IMG/VR virus record: IMGVR_UViG_3300037418_001469
Length of the DNA: 64,000 nucleotides
DNA from: a virus
Reading direction: 5' to 3' (one strand)
The notes under the pieces were generated by a model. It was not told where the DNA came from. It saw only the letters and a program-made list of their open reading frames with translations, and ran no database searches. Below are positions 10,530 through 21,359 of the stretch, piece by piece (positions within the stretch are counted from its first letter, which is position 1; the number at the start of each line of letters is the position of its first letter). The position numbers were made by a program, and so were the translations under genes.

Positions 10530-11450
10530 TTAAGTTAATGCAGGTAGTGTAGCGTAACGCATAGCACGCTTATCAATGATAGCGAACCCAATTTCTTCCC
10601 AAGCTAGTACGCCTGCACGAAGACGATTGATTGCATCAGGCTTGTCATAAGTAGTCATACCAGTACGGATAGGCATAACACCTAACTTAGTTGTATCAAA
10701 CATGAATAACTCATTGTCGCCTAGTCCACGAAGTTCAACGATATTAACTCCGTATACAGAACCCATACCACCTTGCTTGAATAACTCTCTGCGAGTTACA
10801 TCATCAATATCAGTAGCAGACCAGTCACGAATTTGTGATGCTCTACGAGGAGATACATAGATTACATTTGGCTCAGTTGCTCCAACTGCTCTCATATCAG
10901 TGATGATTTTGTTGAACAATTTACGAGAAAGAGTTGTTTCACTATGTACGATTGTGTTAGATGCATCAATAGCACCACGGATAGTGTCCCATCCTGCTTT
11001 TTCTTCTGCACGAACGAAAGATTCAGCTAATTTTTCAAGAGCACGCTCAACGATGTTGTAACGAGCGTCACGAACAAAAGCTAATTTCCATTCTACAGAG
11101 TTAGCTACTTCAAAAGTAGGAACGATTAAGCTATCTCCAACTACTAAGTTTTGAGGAATAGCGCCAAGACGAGGCATTACTACCGCAGTCTCGATATCGT
11201 CCATATCAATTGGATATTCAGCTAGTGACCCCGCAGGTAATGTATCTACCATAAAAATCTCACGAACAGTTGAGATAGGTGCAACAGCTTTCAAGATAGG
11301 TACAGATAGGCTAGCCGCAAATGACTTACGGATTTCTTCGTTTTCGGCAGTAGCTTTGAAATCATTGATAAAAGTAGTTAGTTCTTCGCCTGCTAATGCC
11401 TTATTTTCTTTAAGGCTGTAAGCTAAAGAAATTTTATATTCATTTAACAT
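10530..11450 (-). CDS. Major capsid protein (HK97 fold)
   Basis: 306 aa after decoration and protease genes; GSVYGVNIV and terminal hairpin typical. Confidence 0.8.
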   Translation of the reverse strand: MLNEYKISLAYSLKENKALAGEELTTFINDFKATAENEEIRKSFAASLSVPILKAVAPISTVREIFMVDTLPAGSLAEYPIDMDDIETAVVMPRLGAIPQNLVVGDSLIVPTFEVANSVEWKLAFVRDARYNIVERALEKLAESFVRAEEKAGWDTIRGAIDASNTIVHSETTLSRKLFNKIITDMRAVGATEPNVIYVSPRRASQIRDWSATDIDDVTRRELFKQGGMGSVYGVNIVELRGLGDNELFMFDTTKLGVMPIRTGMTTYDKPDAINRLRAGVLAWEEIGFAIIDKRAMRYATLPALT

Positions 11451-11485
11451 TTAATTTAACCTCCATTATTAGTTATTATTTTTAA

Positions 11486-11929
11486 TTAGTTAGCTAGGTT
11501 GCCAACAAGACGGATACGGATTTTATCTCCTGCATTAGTTCCTGCTGTTTCAGCGATAGCTACATGCTTAGTGTTACCTGCTGTAGGAGCAGTCTTAGTT
11601 AATTTACCACCTGCACCTGCATATAACTTATCACCTACTGCAATAGTACCGTCAAGAGTTTGGTCAGTGATGTAAACACCACCACCGAAGTATACACCAA
11701 CTTTTTCACCGTAGTATGCAACATGAGTTACAGAATCTAACTTAAAATTGTTAACTGTACGAGAAATAACTTTTTGTGCTAGGATACCGTAAACAGAATC
11801 ACCAGTAGCACCTCCAACAGCTACAGCAACAGAATCACCATTTAACTTTACAAGTACACCTGCTTCAAGGTCAGTTGATGGTGCTTTATAGTGAACTGCT
11901 AATTCACCTTCAAAAATAGCTTTTAACAT
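11486..11929 (-). CDS. Capsid decoration/cement protein
   Basis: Gly-rich, VGDKLYAGAGGKLT motif; directly upstream of MCP. Confidence 0.65.
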   Translation of the reverse strand: MLKAIFEGELAVHYKAPSTDLEAGVLVKLNGDSVAVAVGGATGDSVYGILAQKVISRTVNNFKLDSVTHVAYYGEKVGVYFGGGVYITDQTLDGTIAVGDKLYAGAGGKLTKTAPTAGNTKHVAIAETAGTNAGDKIRIRLVGNLAN

Positions 11930-11961
11930 TATGAATTTCCTCCTTAGAAAATTAGTTTTTA

Positions 11962-13533
11962 TTATTCAGACAAATGTCCGAATGGCTTAATTACTTTTGG
12001 TTGCGGTGTTTCGATATTAAGGTCAGTAGCCTCAGCTTTTTCAACTTCAACTTCAACTTCCTCAACAACTTCTTCCTGAACAACTTCTTCAACTACTTCC
12101 TCTGCAACAACTTGAGTATTCTTACCTAGTAATTCAGATAAGAACTCCTTATAGTCAACAAAAGAATCATTATCCATAGCAGAAACCTTTTCGATTTCTT
12201 TAGACTTACGAGCCTCAGAAAATTCAATACCTAATTCAGAAAGTTCAGCTAAACGAGATGCTGTAACAGCTTCTTTCTCACTAGCTTCTACTTTATTCTT
12301 TAATGCATCAAAATCTGTTTTAAGACTAGCAAATGCACTATCTTTTTCTTTAAGTTTGCCCTCAAGTTCGTCTAACTTTGTTTGTAATTCAGTTGCCAAT
12401 GCTTGATAATCTGTTGAATCTTCTACAACTACTTCTTCTACTACTTCCTCTACTACTTCTGCTACTACCTCAGTTACTTCTTCGGTAACAACTTCTTGAT
12501 TTTGTAAATCCATTTCTTCACTTCCTCCCTCTTCTTTGATTGCTCCCTCTACATTAGGTTGGTTGCAAATTTCTAAGTCAAGGTCTTCACTTGCTTGACC
12601 TTTAAAGTAATCGCTATTTATATTAGAAACATCAGATAAGAGTTGTTCTATAATACTCTTAACTTCAGAAACTAACTGGTCTTTGGTTGCGATAGTCTCC
12701 TTGTTGAATCTAGAAACAATATCGCTTTTGGCTTTGTCGAATACTTTTACGAATTTTGCTACTGTTAGAGCCTCTACAGTATCTTTATCTAATGTTTTTT
12801 CGCTGAAATCGTTTGTATTTCTTATTATTTGTGCAATTGCCTTAATCTGCTCGTCAGTTAGTCCATCAACGATTTCGTTATTTTGAATAACTTCCTCAGC
12901 GTGTTTTTTAGCAACTGCTAAGAATACAGCCTCTTTGTCAGCAGGGTTTTGCACAACACCCACGCCTCCGAAAATAACATCTTTAAAAATACGAAATACT
13001 TTTTGACCCATATACTCTCTACCAACATAATCAGTAATTCCAAGCTCATTTGCTTGCTCTTGGTCAAATATCTGGTCTCCGTATTTGTAATTAGCATCCT
13101 TAAAGTAACACTCCATTGAAAGTCTCAAGCCACCTGTTACTGACTTCTCTTTGATTGTGTCTGCCATCTCAGGATAGATAAACTTCCAAATGACCCCTAT
13201 AGCCTCTATGTATGCTCTGCCTTCATTGTCTTCCGCATATCGACTGTCTAATATAGTCCCTATCATAGGTTGACCATGTTCCCAATCAATAGGCTTAAAT
13301 CTAGGTGTGTATTGCGCTCTAGATAATACATCTTTAGTGAATGTGTCGCCATTTGCATTAGAGCCTTCATGACACATAATGAATTTTGCGTACATAAGGT
13401 CAGGGTCTAAAAATAAATCTTCTCTGTCAGCTAAACCTGCGAATGATTTCTTTACTTGAGTAATATCACAAGCCTCAACAGAAACTACCTGCATATCAAT
13501 CTTCTCCAAGATTGAGTTTTTATGCTCTCCCAC
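11962..13533 (-). CDS. Prohead protease/scaffold fusion
   Basis: N-terminal NANGDTF, IDWEH, LSMEC, GVGVVQNPAD; acidic coiled-coil C-terminus. Confidence 0.7.
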   Translation of the reverse strand: MGEHKNSILEKIDMQVVSVEACDITQVKKSFAGLADREDLFLDPDLMYAKFIMCHEGSNANGDTFTKDVLSRAQYTPRFKPIDWEHGQPMIGTILDSRYAEDNEGRAYIEAIGVIWKFIYPEMADTIKEKSVTGGLRLSMECYFKDANYKYGDQIFDQEQANELGITDYVGREYMGQKVFRIFKDVIFGGVGVVQNPADKEAVFLAVAKKHAEEVIQNNEIVDGLTDEQIKAIAQIIRNTNDFSEKTLDKDTVEALTVAKFVKVFDKAKSDIVSRFNKETIATKDQLVSEVKSIIEQLLSDVSNINSDYFKGQASEDLDLEICNQPNVEGAIKEEGGSEEMDLQNQEVVTEEVTEVVAEVVEEVVEEVVVEDSTDYQALATELQTKLDELEGKLKEKDSAFASLKTDFDALKNKVEASEKEAVTASRLAELSELGIEFSEARKSKEIEKVSAMDNDSFVDYKEFLSELLGKNTQVVAEEVVEEVVQEEVVEEVEVEVEKAEATDLNIETPQPKVIKPFGHLSE

Positions 13534-13547
13534 TTTTTATCACCACC

Positions 13548-15770
13548 TTAGTTGAAATCTAGTTCACAACGACAATGTGCATGTGGTCGTGGTGGAATAT
13601 TTCCTAATTGAAAGGATTGCCCATCAAGACCTCTACATGTTGCACAGGTCATATCATCAAGGTGTGCTCTCCAAGTGGCAGTAGAATTACCTAAGAACTC
13701 ATTACCTTGAATCTTAGCCTGCCTAGTTGAATCTAAAATAATAGCTTCTGACATAGCAGGTACTCTAAAAGCATTAGAATTAAATGCCTTATTTACCGCA
13801 ACATTAACTGGTAGTTCTTTAGAAAGATTTTGCAGTATTTGTGTTTTTATGTCGCTAGCTAGTTTTTGAACATAGCTGTTATTCCAATTCTTTAGTTCTT
13901 TTTTAGCCAGATTAGTTTTGTTAATATCAACATGAACAGAGTAGTTTGAAATCTCGCTGTTATACGATTCTTCTATGTATCTGTCGCCAATATGACTAAA
14001 CGATTTAAACAATCCAAGTAATGCACCTGTTAGTAAAATTGCCAGTAGTTCATCATTCTTATCTTGATTATCCTCTACCAATTTAATAACATCGGCTTTA
14101 ATTGAATTGTAGTAATCTACTAACTCAGTTTCATATTCTTCTTCTAGTTGCGTAGAATATGCCATAGCCTGGTTTGCCTTAGATTTTGGTGGATTTCCAC
14201 TATTTTGCTCAGGTGTTGTCGTCCGTTTCTTCATAGGTTTTTGTGGCTGACCAGTAGGTTTTCCACTGTTTGGACCAGTTTGACCACCTTGGAAAGGTTG
14301 TTCAGGTGGGAAGAATAATTTAGAGTTCTTCTCATTTCTTTTCTTTGTTTCTATAATAGATTCATAGTCACGACCAGTTTCTTTGAGAATGTCTTCTTCA
14401 TCAAGTAATCCTCTGTCATACATAGCAAGCAATACATCACGAATATAATTGTCTTCCCTAAGATTCATTTTGTTGAATTGTACCTTCGGAACTACTTTAA
14501 ATCCATTTTCATCAGCAACACGCTTGTATTCGTCTTCTAGCCACTGAACTACTTTGTGTCTTGTGTTGTCTAGTCTTTCGATTAATGATAGAATTGAAAC
14601 CCACGCAGTTGAAAAGTTAGAACCTTGACCATCAATTAAAACACGACTTACTCCAAGACCTGCTAATATATCATCATTCACTTGTTTGTATTTGTCTTGT
14701 GTTAATGTGTCAAGACCTTCAGGTTTATGGAATTGAACTTGTAAAGTATGATTCCAAAATACTGTATATGACTTACTAGGTGTTTGAAATAGCTGTGCAA
14801 TTGCTTCTAAATCATCATCATCAGCAGGATATTCATCATTTCCAATAGTTACAGTAACAAGCTGATTTATCAAGCCTTCGATTGTAGACATATCCATCAT
14901 TCTTAATTTTTGTTTATACATAATTGGCTCGAATACTCTCTCTAAGAAAGGCGTTGCATATCTTTCGTATGGCTGTTTTTTTCTGGTAATTCGAGTATAT
15001 AGATTAGGGTCTAAAGGCATTAAACCTTTCCCTGACCTTAATGCTTTCTTCATATCATCAGGAATCAAATTCATTAATTTGGAATCTTTATCTTTGAAGA
15101 TTTTAACTGTGTCACCATCTAATTGTAGGTAAGCCATTTCTTGATTAAATAATAAAGGACCTTCTATATGTACATTCATAGGATTTAAGATTGTATATCC
15201 GCTAGGAAAATCAAATGTTTCCTTAGCTGTAGCTTTAGAAGTTTTTTTAGTCTTAGTGACCTTAGCGTTTTTATTGCTTCTGTATATAGATACATTTCCA
15301 CTTCTATAGTACTCTAAGAATATTTGCTCTATTATCTCTTTTAACCTAATCTGTTTTCCCCACTCGTCATAAAGTTTTTTAATCTCTTTATCCTCGCACT
15401 CATTTTCAAAACCACTTGCACTAAAATCAACCATCATATCAATAACAGTACCAATAATAGGCTCTTTAAAATATAGCTCTGTTGCTAATCTTATTTTTTC
15501 ATGTGGGTCTAAAGGAGTTTTTAATGCTTGTGTATAAGGTTTATTATTTGAGTTGTACATATTCTGATAGTCGTTCAATGTAGGTTCATATCGACTTTTA
15601 ACACTGCCTTTTCCTATTTTAAAATCATCAGCCATAGTGTAACTAACACCTGATTCATCTAATTGACTAACATATTTACTTAGTTCAGTAGTGTCAACTT
15701 TAAAAGTAACTTGCTTTCTGCCATTACCCAAGTCTAATTTTTCTACAATATTATCATTACTCTCTGTCAT
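13548..15770 (-). CDS. Portal protein fused to MuF-like head morphogenesis domain
   Basis: Follows TerL; C-terminal W.A..D..TC..CRGLDG...PHAHCRC. Confidence 0.7.
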   Translation of the reverse strand: MTESNDNIVEKLDLGNGRKQVTFKVDTTELSKYVSQLDESGVSYTMADDFKIGKGSVKSRYEPTLNDYQNMYNSNNKPYTQALKTPLDPHEKIRLATELYFKEPIIGTVIDMMVDFSASGFENECEDKEIKKLYDEWGKQIRLKEIIEQIFLEYYRSGNVSIYRSNKNAKVTKTKKTSKATAKETFDFPSGYTILNPMNVHIEGPLLFNQEMAYLQLDGDTVKIFKDKDSKLMNLIPDDMKKALRSGKGLMPLDPNLYTRITRKKQPYERYATPFLERVFEPIMYKQKLRMMDMSTIEGLINQLVTVTIGNDEYPADDDDLEAIAQLFQTPSKSYTVFWNHTLQVQFHKPEGLDTLTQDKYKQVNDDILAGLGVSRVLIDGQGSNFSTAWVSILSLIERLDNTRHKVVQWLEDEYKRVADENGFKVVPKVQFNKMNLREDNYIRDVLLAMYDRGLLDEEDILKETGRDYESIIETKKRNEKNSKLFFPPEQPFQGGQTGPNSGKPTGQPQKPMKKRTTTPEQNSGNPPKSKANQAMAYSTQLEEEYETELVDYYNSIKADVIKLVEDNQDKNDELLAILLTGALLGLFKSFSHIGDRYIEESYNSEISNYSVHVDINKTNLAKKELKNWNNSYVQKLASDIKTQILQNLSKELPVNVAVNKAFNSNAFRVPAMSEAIILDSTRQAKIQGNEFLGNSTATWRAHLDDMTCATCRGLDGQSFQLGNIPPRPHAHCRCELDFN

Positions 15771-15831
15771 TTATGTGGCTCACTCCCTTCTTCTATATAT
15801 ATTTAAGAAACATAACAAAAAACTTTGCAAC

Positions 15832-17466
15832 CTACCAACTGCTATTCGTTAGATATGAGGTCCTTGCGAATCCCTTTGATAGCTTTTTAACAGGTGGACC
15901 TCCCCAATCTCTTTGTAGTTCTCTAGCTCCTTGACATGCAAGTAAGAAAGCAGAGTATCTATCTTTTTTCATTTTTTGTTTAGGTGTATCGAAATGTAAC
16001 ATACCTGATTTCATAGGAGTCGGAACAATAGTCATAGTTTCGGTAATCATAGATTCTATTTCGTCAAATATATTTCTAAATACCATGCCATCATCTTCTT
16101 CTGTTTGGGGTTGAGTTGGCATGATTACTCTGTTCTTCTCTAGGTCTGCTCTTAGGTCATAGTTCATAGTATTGATTGATGTAGCACTAAATACTTGCAT
16201 TTTAAGTATTCGCTCACCAGTTAGATATTGCTGGTCTTCGTCATCCATGTCAATAATAGCAGGGTCAGTTCTCCAAATATTAGCAGATGCGTCAAACCAA
16301 GCATACTCTTCTGCTAAAGCATCTTTGATTGTCAAACCTCCACCACCATTATCCATATGTAGCCTAACTACCTTACCGCCATTCTTACTGTATTGCCTCA
16401 TCATAAACCTTATAAAATCATGCATCTCAGGGAATGTATTACGATGCAATGAATAGCAGGCTACAATTTTATTAGGATTTCCTAGTTTTAAAACTGTCAA
16501 AGCGAAGTTATCTCCACTACGAGCAGGGTCAATTCCGAATACATATTCTGAACCTCTACTACCTTCTGCCTCAATAAGTACAGATGCCTTCCTAGCACCA
16601 TACATTAATTTAGCAGGAAAGAATCCATCTGACTCAGCAGGGAATAAACACTCGTACTCCATTTGAAATTGTAATTCTGATAACTGCTGTTTCGCCTCTG
16701 CGATAATAGCTTCATCCATCCAACCTTTAGGCATATCATAAACAGAGAACACATGTAATCCGTAATTAGGGTTGTACTCTTCACTTTTTTTATCTGACTT
16801 CTCTTTGTAGGCGAGATACTTGTCGTAGAGATGATTGAATTGATAATAAGCAGAGCTAGCCATAACAAGGTGGTTTTTGCGACCTGTTGTATCAAATGGG
16901 TCCTGCTTAACATTCATCATAGGTAAGATAACTAAGTTGATGATTGTGTCAGGAATTTGTGCTACCTCATCCATAACTAGAGTGTTAGCACGAGCACCAC
17001 GAATCTTATTTCCGTCACCTAGGGGATAACATATAATTTTTGAACCGTTATCTAGGTGGTGTTCACAGCTATTTGGACCCTTAGTAGGTGCCCTGACAGT
17101 TGCCTGCCTAAGTAATGGTGATTCATCATAAAACTTAATTATTTCATCAAATGTAAATTGTGCTTGTCGATATGAAGATGATGCGACTACACATTTTTCA
17201 CGAGGATATAGCATAGCTTTAAGAATACAATAAAGAGCCAATAAGAATGTCTTACCGCCACCACGAGTAAGTATAAGTAGGTTAAACTGGTGATTCCATA
17301 GACCTCTTATAATAAGTCGTTGATGCACAGCGAGTCTTAGTGGCTTGTCGTTACGAACTAGTAATCTACTAGCCGCTATATCAGGATTCTCTATAAAAAT
17401 CTTCATCATATCTCTTTGTTCTTCATTGAACAAACTACTAATTTGAGAAGGGTTGTTATTCTCCAT
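15832..17466 (-). CDS. terL: Terminase large subunit
   Basis: Walker A TRGGGKT, Walker B LVMDE, nuclease FGIDPA, KDRYSA. Confidence 0.9.
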   Translation of the reverse strand: MENNNPSQISSLFNEEQRDMMKIFIENPDIAASRLLVRNDKPLRLAVHQRLIIRGLWNHQFNLLILTRGGGKTFLLALYCILKAMLYPREKCVVASSSYRQAQFTFDEIIKFYDESPLLRQATVRAPTKGPNSCEHHLDNGSKIICYPLGDGNKIRGARANTLVMDEVAQIPDTIINLVILPMMNVKQDPFDTTGRKNHLVMASSAYYQFNHLYDKYLAYKEKSDKKSEEYNPNYGLHVFSVYDMPKGWMDEAIIAEAKQQLSELQFQMEYECLFPAESDGFFPAKLMYGARKASVLIEAEGSRGSEYVFGIDPARSGDNFALTVLKLGNPNKIVACYSLHRNTFPEMHDFIRFMMRQYSKNGGKVVRLHMDNGGGGLTIKDALAEEYAWFDASANIWRTDPAIIDMDDEDQQYLTGERILKMQVFSATSINTMNYDLRADLEKNRVIMPTQPQTEEDDGMVFRNIFDEIESMITETMTIVPTPMKSGMLHFDTPKQKMKKDRYSAFLLACQGARELQRDWGGPPVKKLSKGFARTSYLTNSSW

Positions 17467-18139
17467 TTTCCGTCACATCATTTTCTTCACTATCAACAAT
17501 AACATATCTATCGTTAATATCAGACGACTTCTTTTCTAACATGAACTTTTCTTCTTCTTCTCTAGCTTTACGCATTTCTTCGTCTACTCCACCTTGCATT
17601 AATTCCCTAGCGAATTGCTGTGCGATTGTAGCGATATTTAAACTAGCAACTTTATCGTCTTGTTTTAGACGTTGCTTTCTTAATGCGCCTAAGTCTTCTA
17701 GTGCTGTCCGAAGTCTTCTAGTACAGTCATTTAGAGGTCTTTCAATGTCAACAGATGGGTTATTAGCCTGCTTAGTATAAAGTCTCATTAAAATTACTTC
17801 TTCCATAATTGCTGTATGCAAAATAATTTCATCTGCCGAGCCATTAACATCGTAATCATTTAGATAGAGTTCTTGTCTTGCGAAATAATATTCTTGCTCG
17901 TCTTCGTTTAGGATTTTTCTGACATAACCACCATGTCTTAAATTTGTAGGTGAATCAGAACTATTCCTTCCTACTTGTAAGTTTGCCAATGCCTTCTTCT
18001 TCCCTTCCACCGTCTTTGGTCCCGTTAAATTTTTGGCACGATTAGCCAATTTTTCGTCACTTGTAAATATAGGTGTCTTCTTCCATTCTTTACTTGCGAT
18101 ATTTTCCATTTCATTATCATCTAATTTTCGTCTTGTCAT
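17456..18139 (-). CDS. Putative terminase small subunit
   Basis: Immediately upstream of TerL; TGPKT.EGK..N..HG motif. Confidence 0.6.
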   Translation of the reverse strand: MTRRKLDDNEMENIASKEWKKTPIFTSDEKLANRAKNLTGPKTVEGKKKALANLQVGRNSSDSPTNLRHGGYVRKILNEDEQEYYFARQELYLNDYDVNGSADEIILHTAIMEEVILMRLYTKQANNPSVDIERPLNDCTRRLRTALEDLGALRKQRLKQDDKVASLNIATIAQQFARELMQGGVDEEMRKAREEEEKFMLEKKSSDINDRYVIVDSEENDVTENGE

Positions 18140-18345
18140 ATGTATCACTCTCCTTTAAAAAGATTGGCTATTAAGAAGACCTAATAGCCAAAACCAAGAT
18201 AGGGGAATGTAAGGGGAAGTTTTTATAGAATATCTATAATTATCATACTTATGCATTTGCTAGTTTTTATGCTGTTACCTTGACATTGTAGGAAGTTATT
18301 GGTAAACTGTGTTATAGGAACTAATAAATTGGAGGTTTGATAGAT

Positions 18346-19176
18346 ATGGAAAAATATTTAAAATACTTTTTAAACTATATTCGAACTGAAAAAAACTTAT
18401 CCGAGAACACAATTATTGGCTACAAAAAAGACCTAGAGCAATATCTTGATTCTTGCAATATCAAAGTATTGGAAGACCTAAATAAACACACGATAAGAGA
18501 TTTCCTCGCTAAGATAAATGACCTAGCACCAACGACTAGAAGACGTAAGCTAGCATCTATCAGAGGATTTTTTGGATTCTTATTTGATGAAGAAATTATT
18601 AATAAGAATGAATCGTTAAGCATTAAAAATGCTAAGATTGATAAAAAGTTGCCAGTGATTATGTCTGTAAATGAAACAGCTACCGTAATCGACTCAGCAT
18701 GTAGCAAACAAGATAAAGCAATTCTAGAAACGCTATATGGAACTGGTGCTCGTATATCTGAATTAGTTGGAATCCAAATATCTGATATTGACTTTGATGC
18801 TAGAACAGTTAGGTTGTTCGGAAAAGGAAACAAAGAGAGAATTGTACCGATTAACAATGCATCATTAATCGCCATAAAAGAACATCTGGATTCTAGAGGT
18901 TTCAATAGTCCTTATGTATTCGGTAGTAGAGTTACACCTAATCATCCAATGACAGCTAGAAATGCTCGTGAAAGAGTTTATAAGAGTGGTGGCAAGGAAG
19001 TTCACCCACACATGTTTAGACATAGCTATGCTACTCACTTGCATGCTAACGGTGCTAGTATTATGGATATCAAGGAAATGTTAGGTCATGCTGACATTAG
19101 CACAACACAAATATATACTCATGTAGCAAATGAACAAATGACTAGAACATATCGTCATTCTCACCCAAGGGGTTAA
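18346..19176 (+). CDS. XerC/D-like tyrosine recombinase
   Basis: LYGTGARISEL, GKGNKER, HMFRHSYATH, LGH, TQIY. Confidence 0.92.
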   Translation: MEKYLKYFLNYIRTEKNLSENTIIGYKKDLEQYLDSCNIKVLEDLNKHTIRDFLAKINDLAPTTRRRKLASIRGFFGFLFDEEIINKNESLSIKNAKIDKKLPVIMSVNETATVIDSACSKQDKAILETLYGTGARISELVGIQISDIDFDARTVRLFGKGNKERIVPINNASLIAIKEHLDSRGFNSPYVFGSRVTPNHPMTARNARERVYKSGGKEVHPHMFRHSYATHLHANGASIMDIKEMLGHADISTTQIYTHVANEQMTRTYRHSHPRG

Positions 19177-19795
19177 GACTCTCTCTGAGTTTCTTGACTC
19201 CTCTTTTTGTTGCCCTAGAAACATTAGCTTGGTTAATATTTAATTCTTCTGCAATCTCTTCTTGTTTCATATCTGATAGATAATACATATTAATCAAATC
19301 TTTTTGATGTATTGTTAAACTGTCCAATCCTTGCTCAATAATAATTTTATCTATAACCGAGTTTTCATCAAAATCTTCTGAACCTAGAACACTCAATAGC
19401 TCATAGTCACTAATAATCCCAATTCCACTTTTCTGTGAATTAGCAGATATCCCATCAATACTAATAGTTCTTCTATCTTCTTTAAAGTAGTTCATTTCTT
19501 TTTTATAGTAGTTAAATATTCCGTTTCTCGATTTAGATGTTATATGTCTAATTGCAGAATCATCTAGTCTTTCATCATAGTCAAGCATAGCTTCGATTAA
19601 TTTTAAATCAATTACTTGACATACATCATCAAATTCCACACCTTTCCCTGCGAATTTTTTTGCTAATGACTTTCTAAAAGGCTCAAACATATTTAAAATT
19701 TCCATCATAGCATCTTCTCTTTTGAACTCATTTTCGTCTGCTTGAGCAACCTTAATTAAGTTTTTTACTACTACTTCAATCTCTTGTTTTGTCAT
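19142..19795 (-). CDS. RNA polymerase sigma-70 family factor
   Basis: Region 2-like N-terminus; region 4 HTH MKQEEIAEELNINQANVSR. Confidence 0.8.
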   Translation of the reverse strand: MTKQEIEVVVKNLIKVAQADENEFKREDAMMEILNMFEPFRKSLAKKFAGKGVEFDDVCQVIDLKLIEAMLDYDERLDDSAIRHITSKSRNGIFNYYKKEMNYFKEDRRTISIDGISANSQKSGIGIISDYELLSVLGSEDFDENSVIDKIIIEQGLDSLTIHQKDLINMYYLSDMKQEEIAEELNINQANVSRATKRGVKKLRESLNPLGENDDMF

Positions 19796-20050
19796 TTTGC
19801 CACCTCCTTTTTATTGACCCAAATTTGGGACTATCAACTTTGGACAGTTATATATATTATAATTACTAAGTAATTAAAAGATAAAAGATAATAAATATAA
19901 TATATAATTACTAAGTAATTACTAAATACATAATCAATAATAATAATAATAAATTCTTTTTAATTAATATTTAAGATTTGAACAAGAGAATTTTGCATTT
20001 GACAAAATTGAATTATAAGTGTATTATAAAAGAGTAATAAAAAAAGAGTG

Positions 20051-20287
20051 CTACATCGCACTCAAAGTTGATTCGTCTCTTTCATATACAGTCTTAGCCA
20101 AACTGTGAAGTGGAGAGAGTTTCATAAAGATGACGCAAAATCCATTGTAACATATACGATAATGCTCATCATCAATAGGGTATTTATTTCCGTATTTAAT
20201 AATATTATTTATTGCTGATGTGATTTCATCATAGGTAGCATTATAGTCAACTCTTTGTCTCCATCTGCTAACTAAATGCGTAGTCAA
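20051..20287 (-). CDS. Hypothetical protein (T.H...RW.QR motif)
   Basis: ORF; start uncertain. Confidence 0.45.
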   Translation of the reverse strand: MTTHLVSRWRQRVDYNATYDEITSAINNIIKYGNKYPIDDEHYRICYNGFCVIFMKLSPLHSLAKTVYERDESTLSAM

Positions 20288-20300
20288 AGAAAATCTATCG

Positions 20301-21194
20301 TTAGCTACGCCAAAGACATTCTCCTGATATTTTTTCTTTAGTTAATTCGGTTATGAAAGATGAAATATCTAAGTCTCTGATTGCCTCCATAAGAGAAATA
20401 GTAGTTTGGAATACTCCGTATTCAGAAACCATTTCATCAATATCTGATAATGCTTTTTGAGAAACATTATTATCAGAGTATCTCTTAATAAAGTTGATTA
20501 TGTTATCTCTGTCATTTGAATGAACATGAGTTGGAACGGTTTTTGGAATCTCAACCTTCTGTTCTTCAATTTTTGATTCTTCAACTTTTAAAGGTTCGAC
20601 TTTCTCAACTTTAGGAACAACTGTTTCTGTATCTTGAATATTTGAATTGGCAATATCTTTGAAAGCAGGATTAATTTTTTCCTTACCACCAAGCGCTCTT
20701 GTAGAGAAACTCATTTTTCCATCATTATCAAGACGTTTTACTTTTACTCTAACTTTCTCGCCAATGTAAAAATAGTCATCAGGCAGGTCAACATATTGTC
20801 TACCTGTGATTTCTGAAACATGAATTAGTCCATCGAATCCTTCTTTGGTTTTTCCAAAAACTCCAAAATCATGAATAGATGTAATTTCAACTTCTAGTGT
20901 TTCTCCGATTTTATAAAAACTCCTAGGGTCTCTAAGGTCAGTTGTGACAGAGTTTACATAGTTGTTAATGCTCTCGTCTACATTCATTGGTTCTTCTAGT
21001 TTAGATTTGATATTGTTATAATAATAAAACTGTGCTGAACTTGCTGTGGTGTCTTTCTCCTTTGCAAAGTCTTTAAACAACACGGACAACGACTTCCTTT
21101 CCTGTTTAGTTTTTAAATTGTTCTCTATAACAACCTTCTCTAACTCCTTTCCTAGTTCAGTCCATTTTCCTTTCTCATAGGTTACTGTTGACAT
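20301..21194 (-). CDS. S1-domain RNA-binding protein
   Basis: FGVFG....DGLIHVSEI...GEKVRVKV. Confidence 0.85.
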   Translation of the reverse strand: MSTVTYEKGKWTELGKELEKVVIENNLKTKQERKSLSVLFKDFAKEKDTTASSAQFYYYNNIKSKLEEPMNVDESINNYVNSVTTDLRDPRSFYKIGETLEVEITSIHDFGVFGKTKEGFDGLIHVSEITGRQYVDLPDDYFYIGEKVRVKVKRLDNDGKMSFSTRALGGKEKINPAFKDIANSNIQDTETVVPKVEKVEPLKVEESKIEEQKVEIPKTVPTHVHSNDRDNIINFIKRYSDNNVSQKALSDIDEMVSEYGVFQTTISLMEAIRDLDISSFITELTKEKISGECLWRS

Positions 21195-21296
21195 GAAAAA
21201 TTTCCTCCTCATTACTTTTTTGTACTTGTTTGGACAAGCACTTTGTTGACTCGGTTTTTATTATAGATTATATTCTACTTAAAATCAAGTTATTCC

Positions 21297-21325
21297 TTGA
21301 CTAATTTTAGAATATAGGTTATAAT
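21297..21325 (+). promoter_or_regulatory. sigmaA-type promoter of a repeated family CCTTGACT-N17/18-TATAAT
   Basis: Same motif with -35 at 24027, 24971, 25081, 25530, 26079, 31336, 33437, 33933, 37691, 39618; minus-strand copies near 47080, 49065, 50077. Confidence 0.85.
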
Positions 21326-21359
21326 ATAAATAAAATATAAAAATAAAGGTGTTGTTAGT

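Noticed and set aside
994-17780. Plus-strand ORFs overlapping structural genes
   Set aside because: Antisense shadows of well-supported minus-strand genes.
18346-19176. Prophage integrase with att site or host junction
   Set aside because: No host genes or att duplication are visible; the protein is Xer-like and may resolve genome dimers, so lifestyle cannot be concluded.
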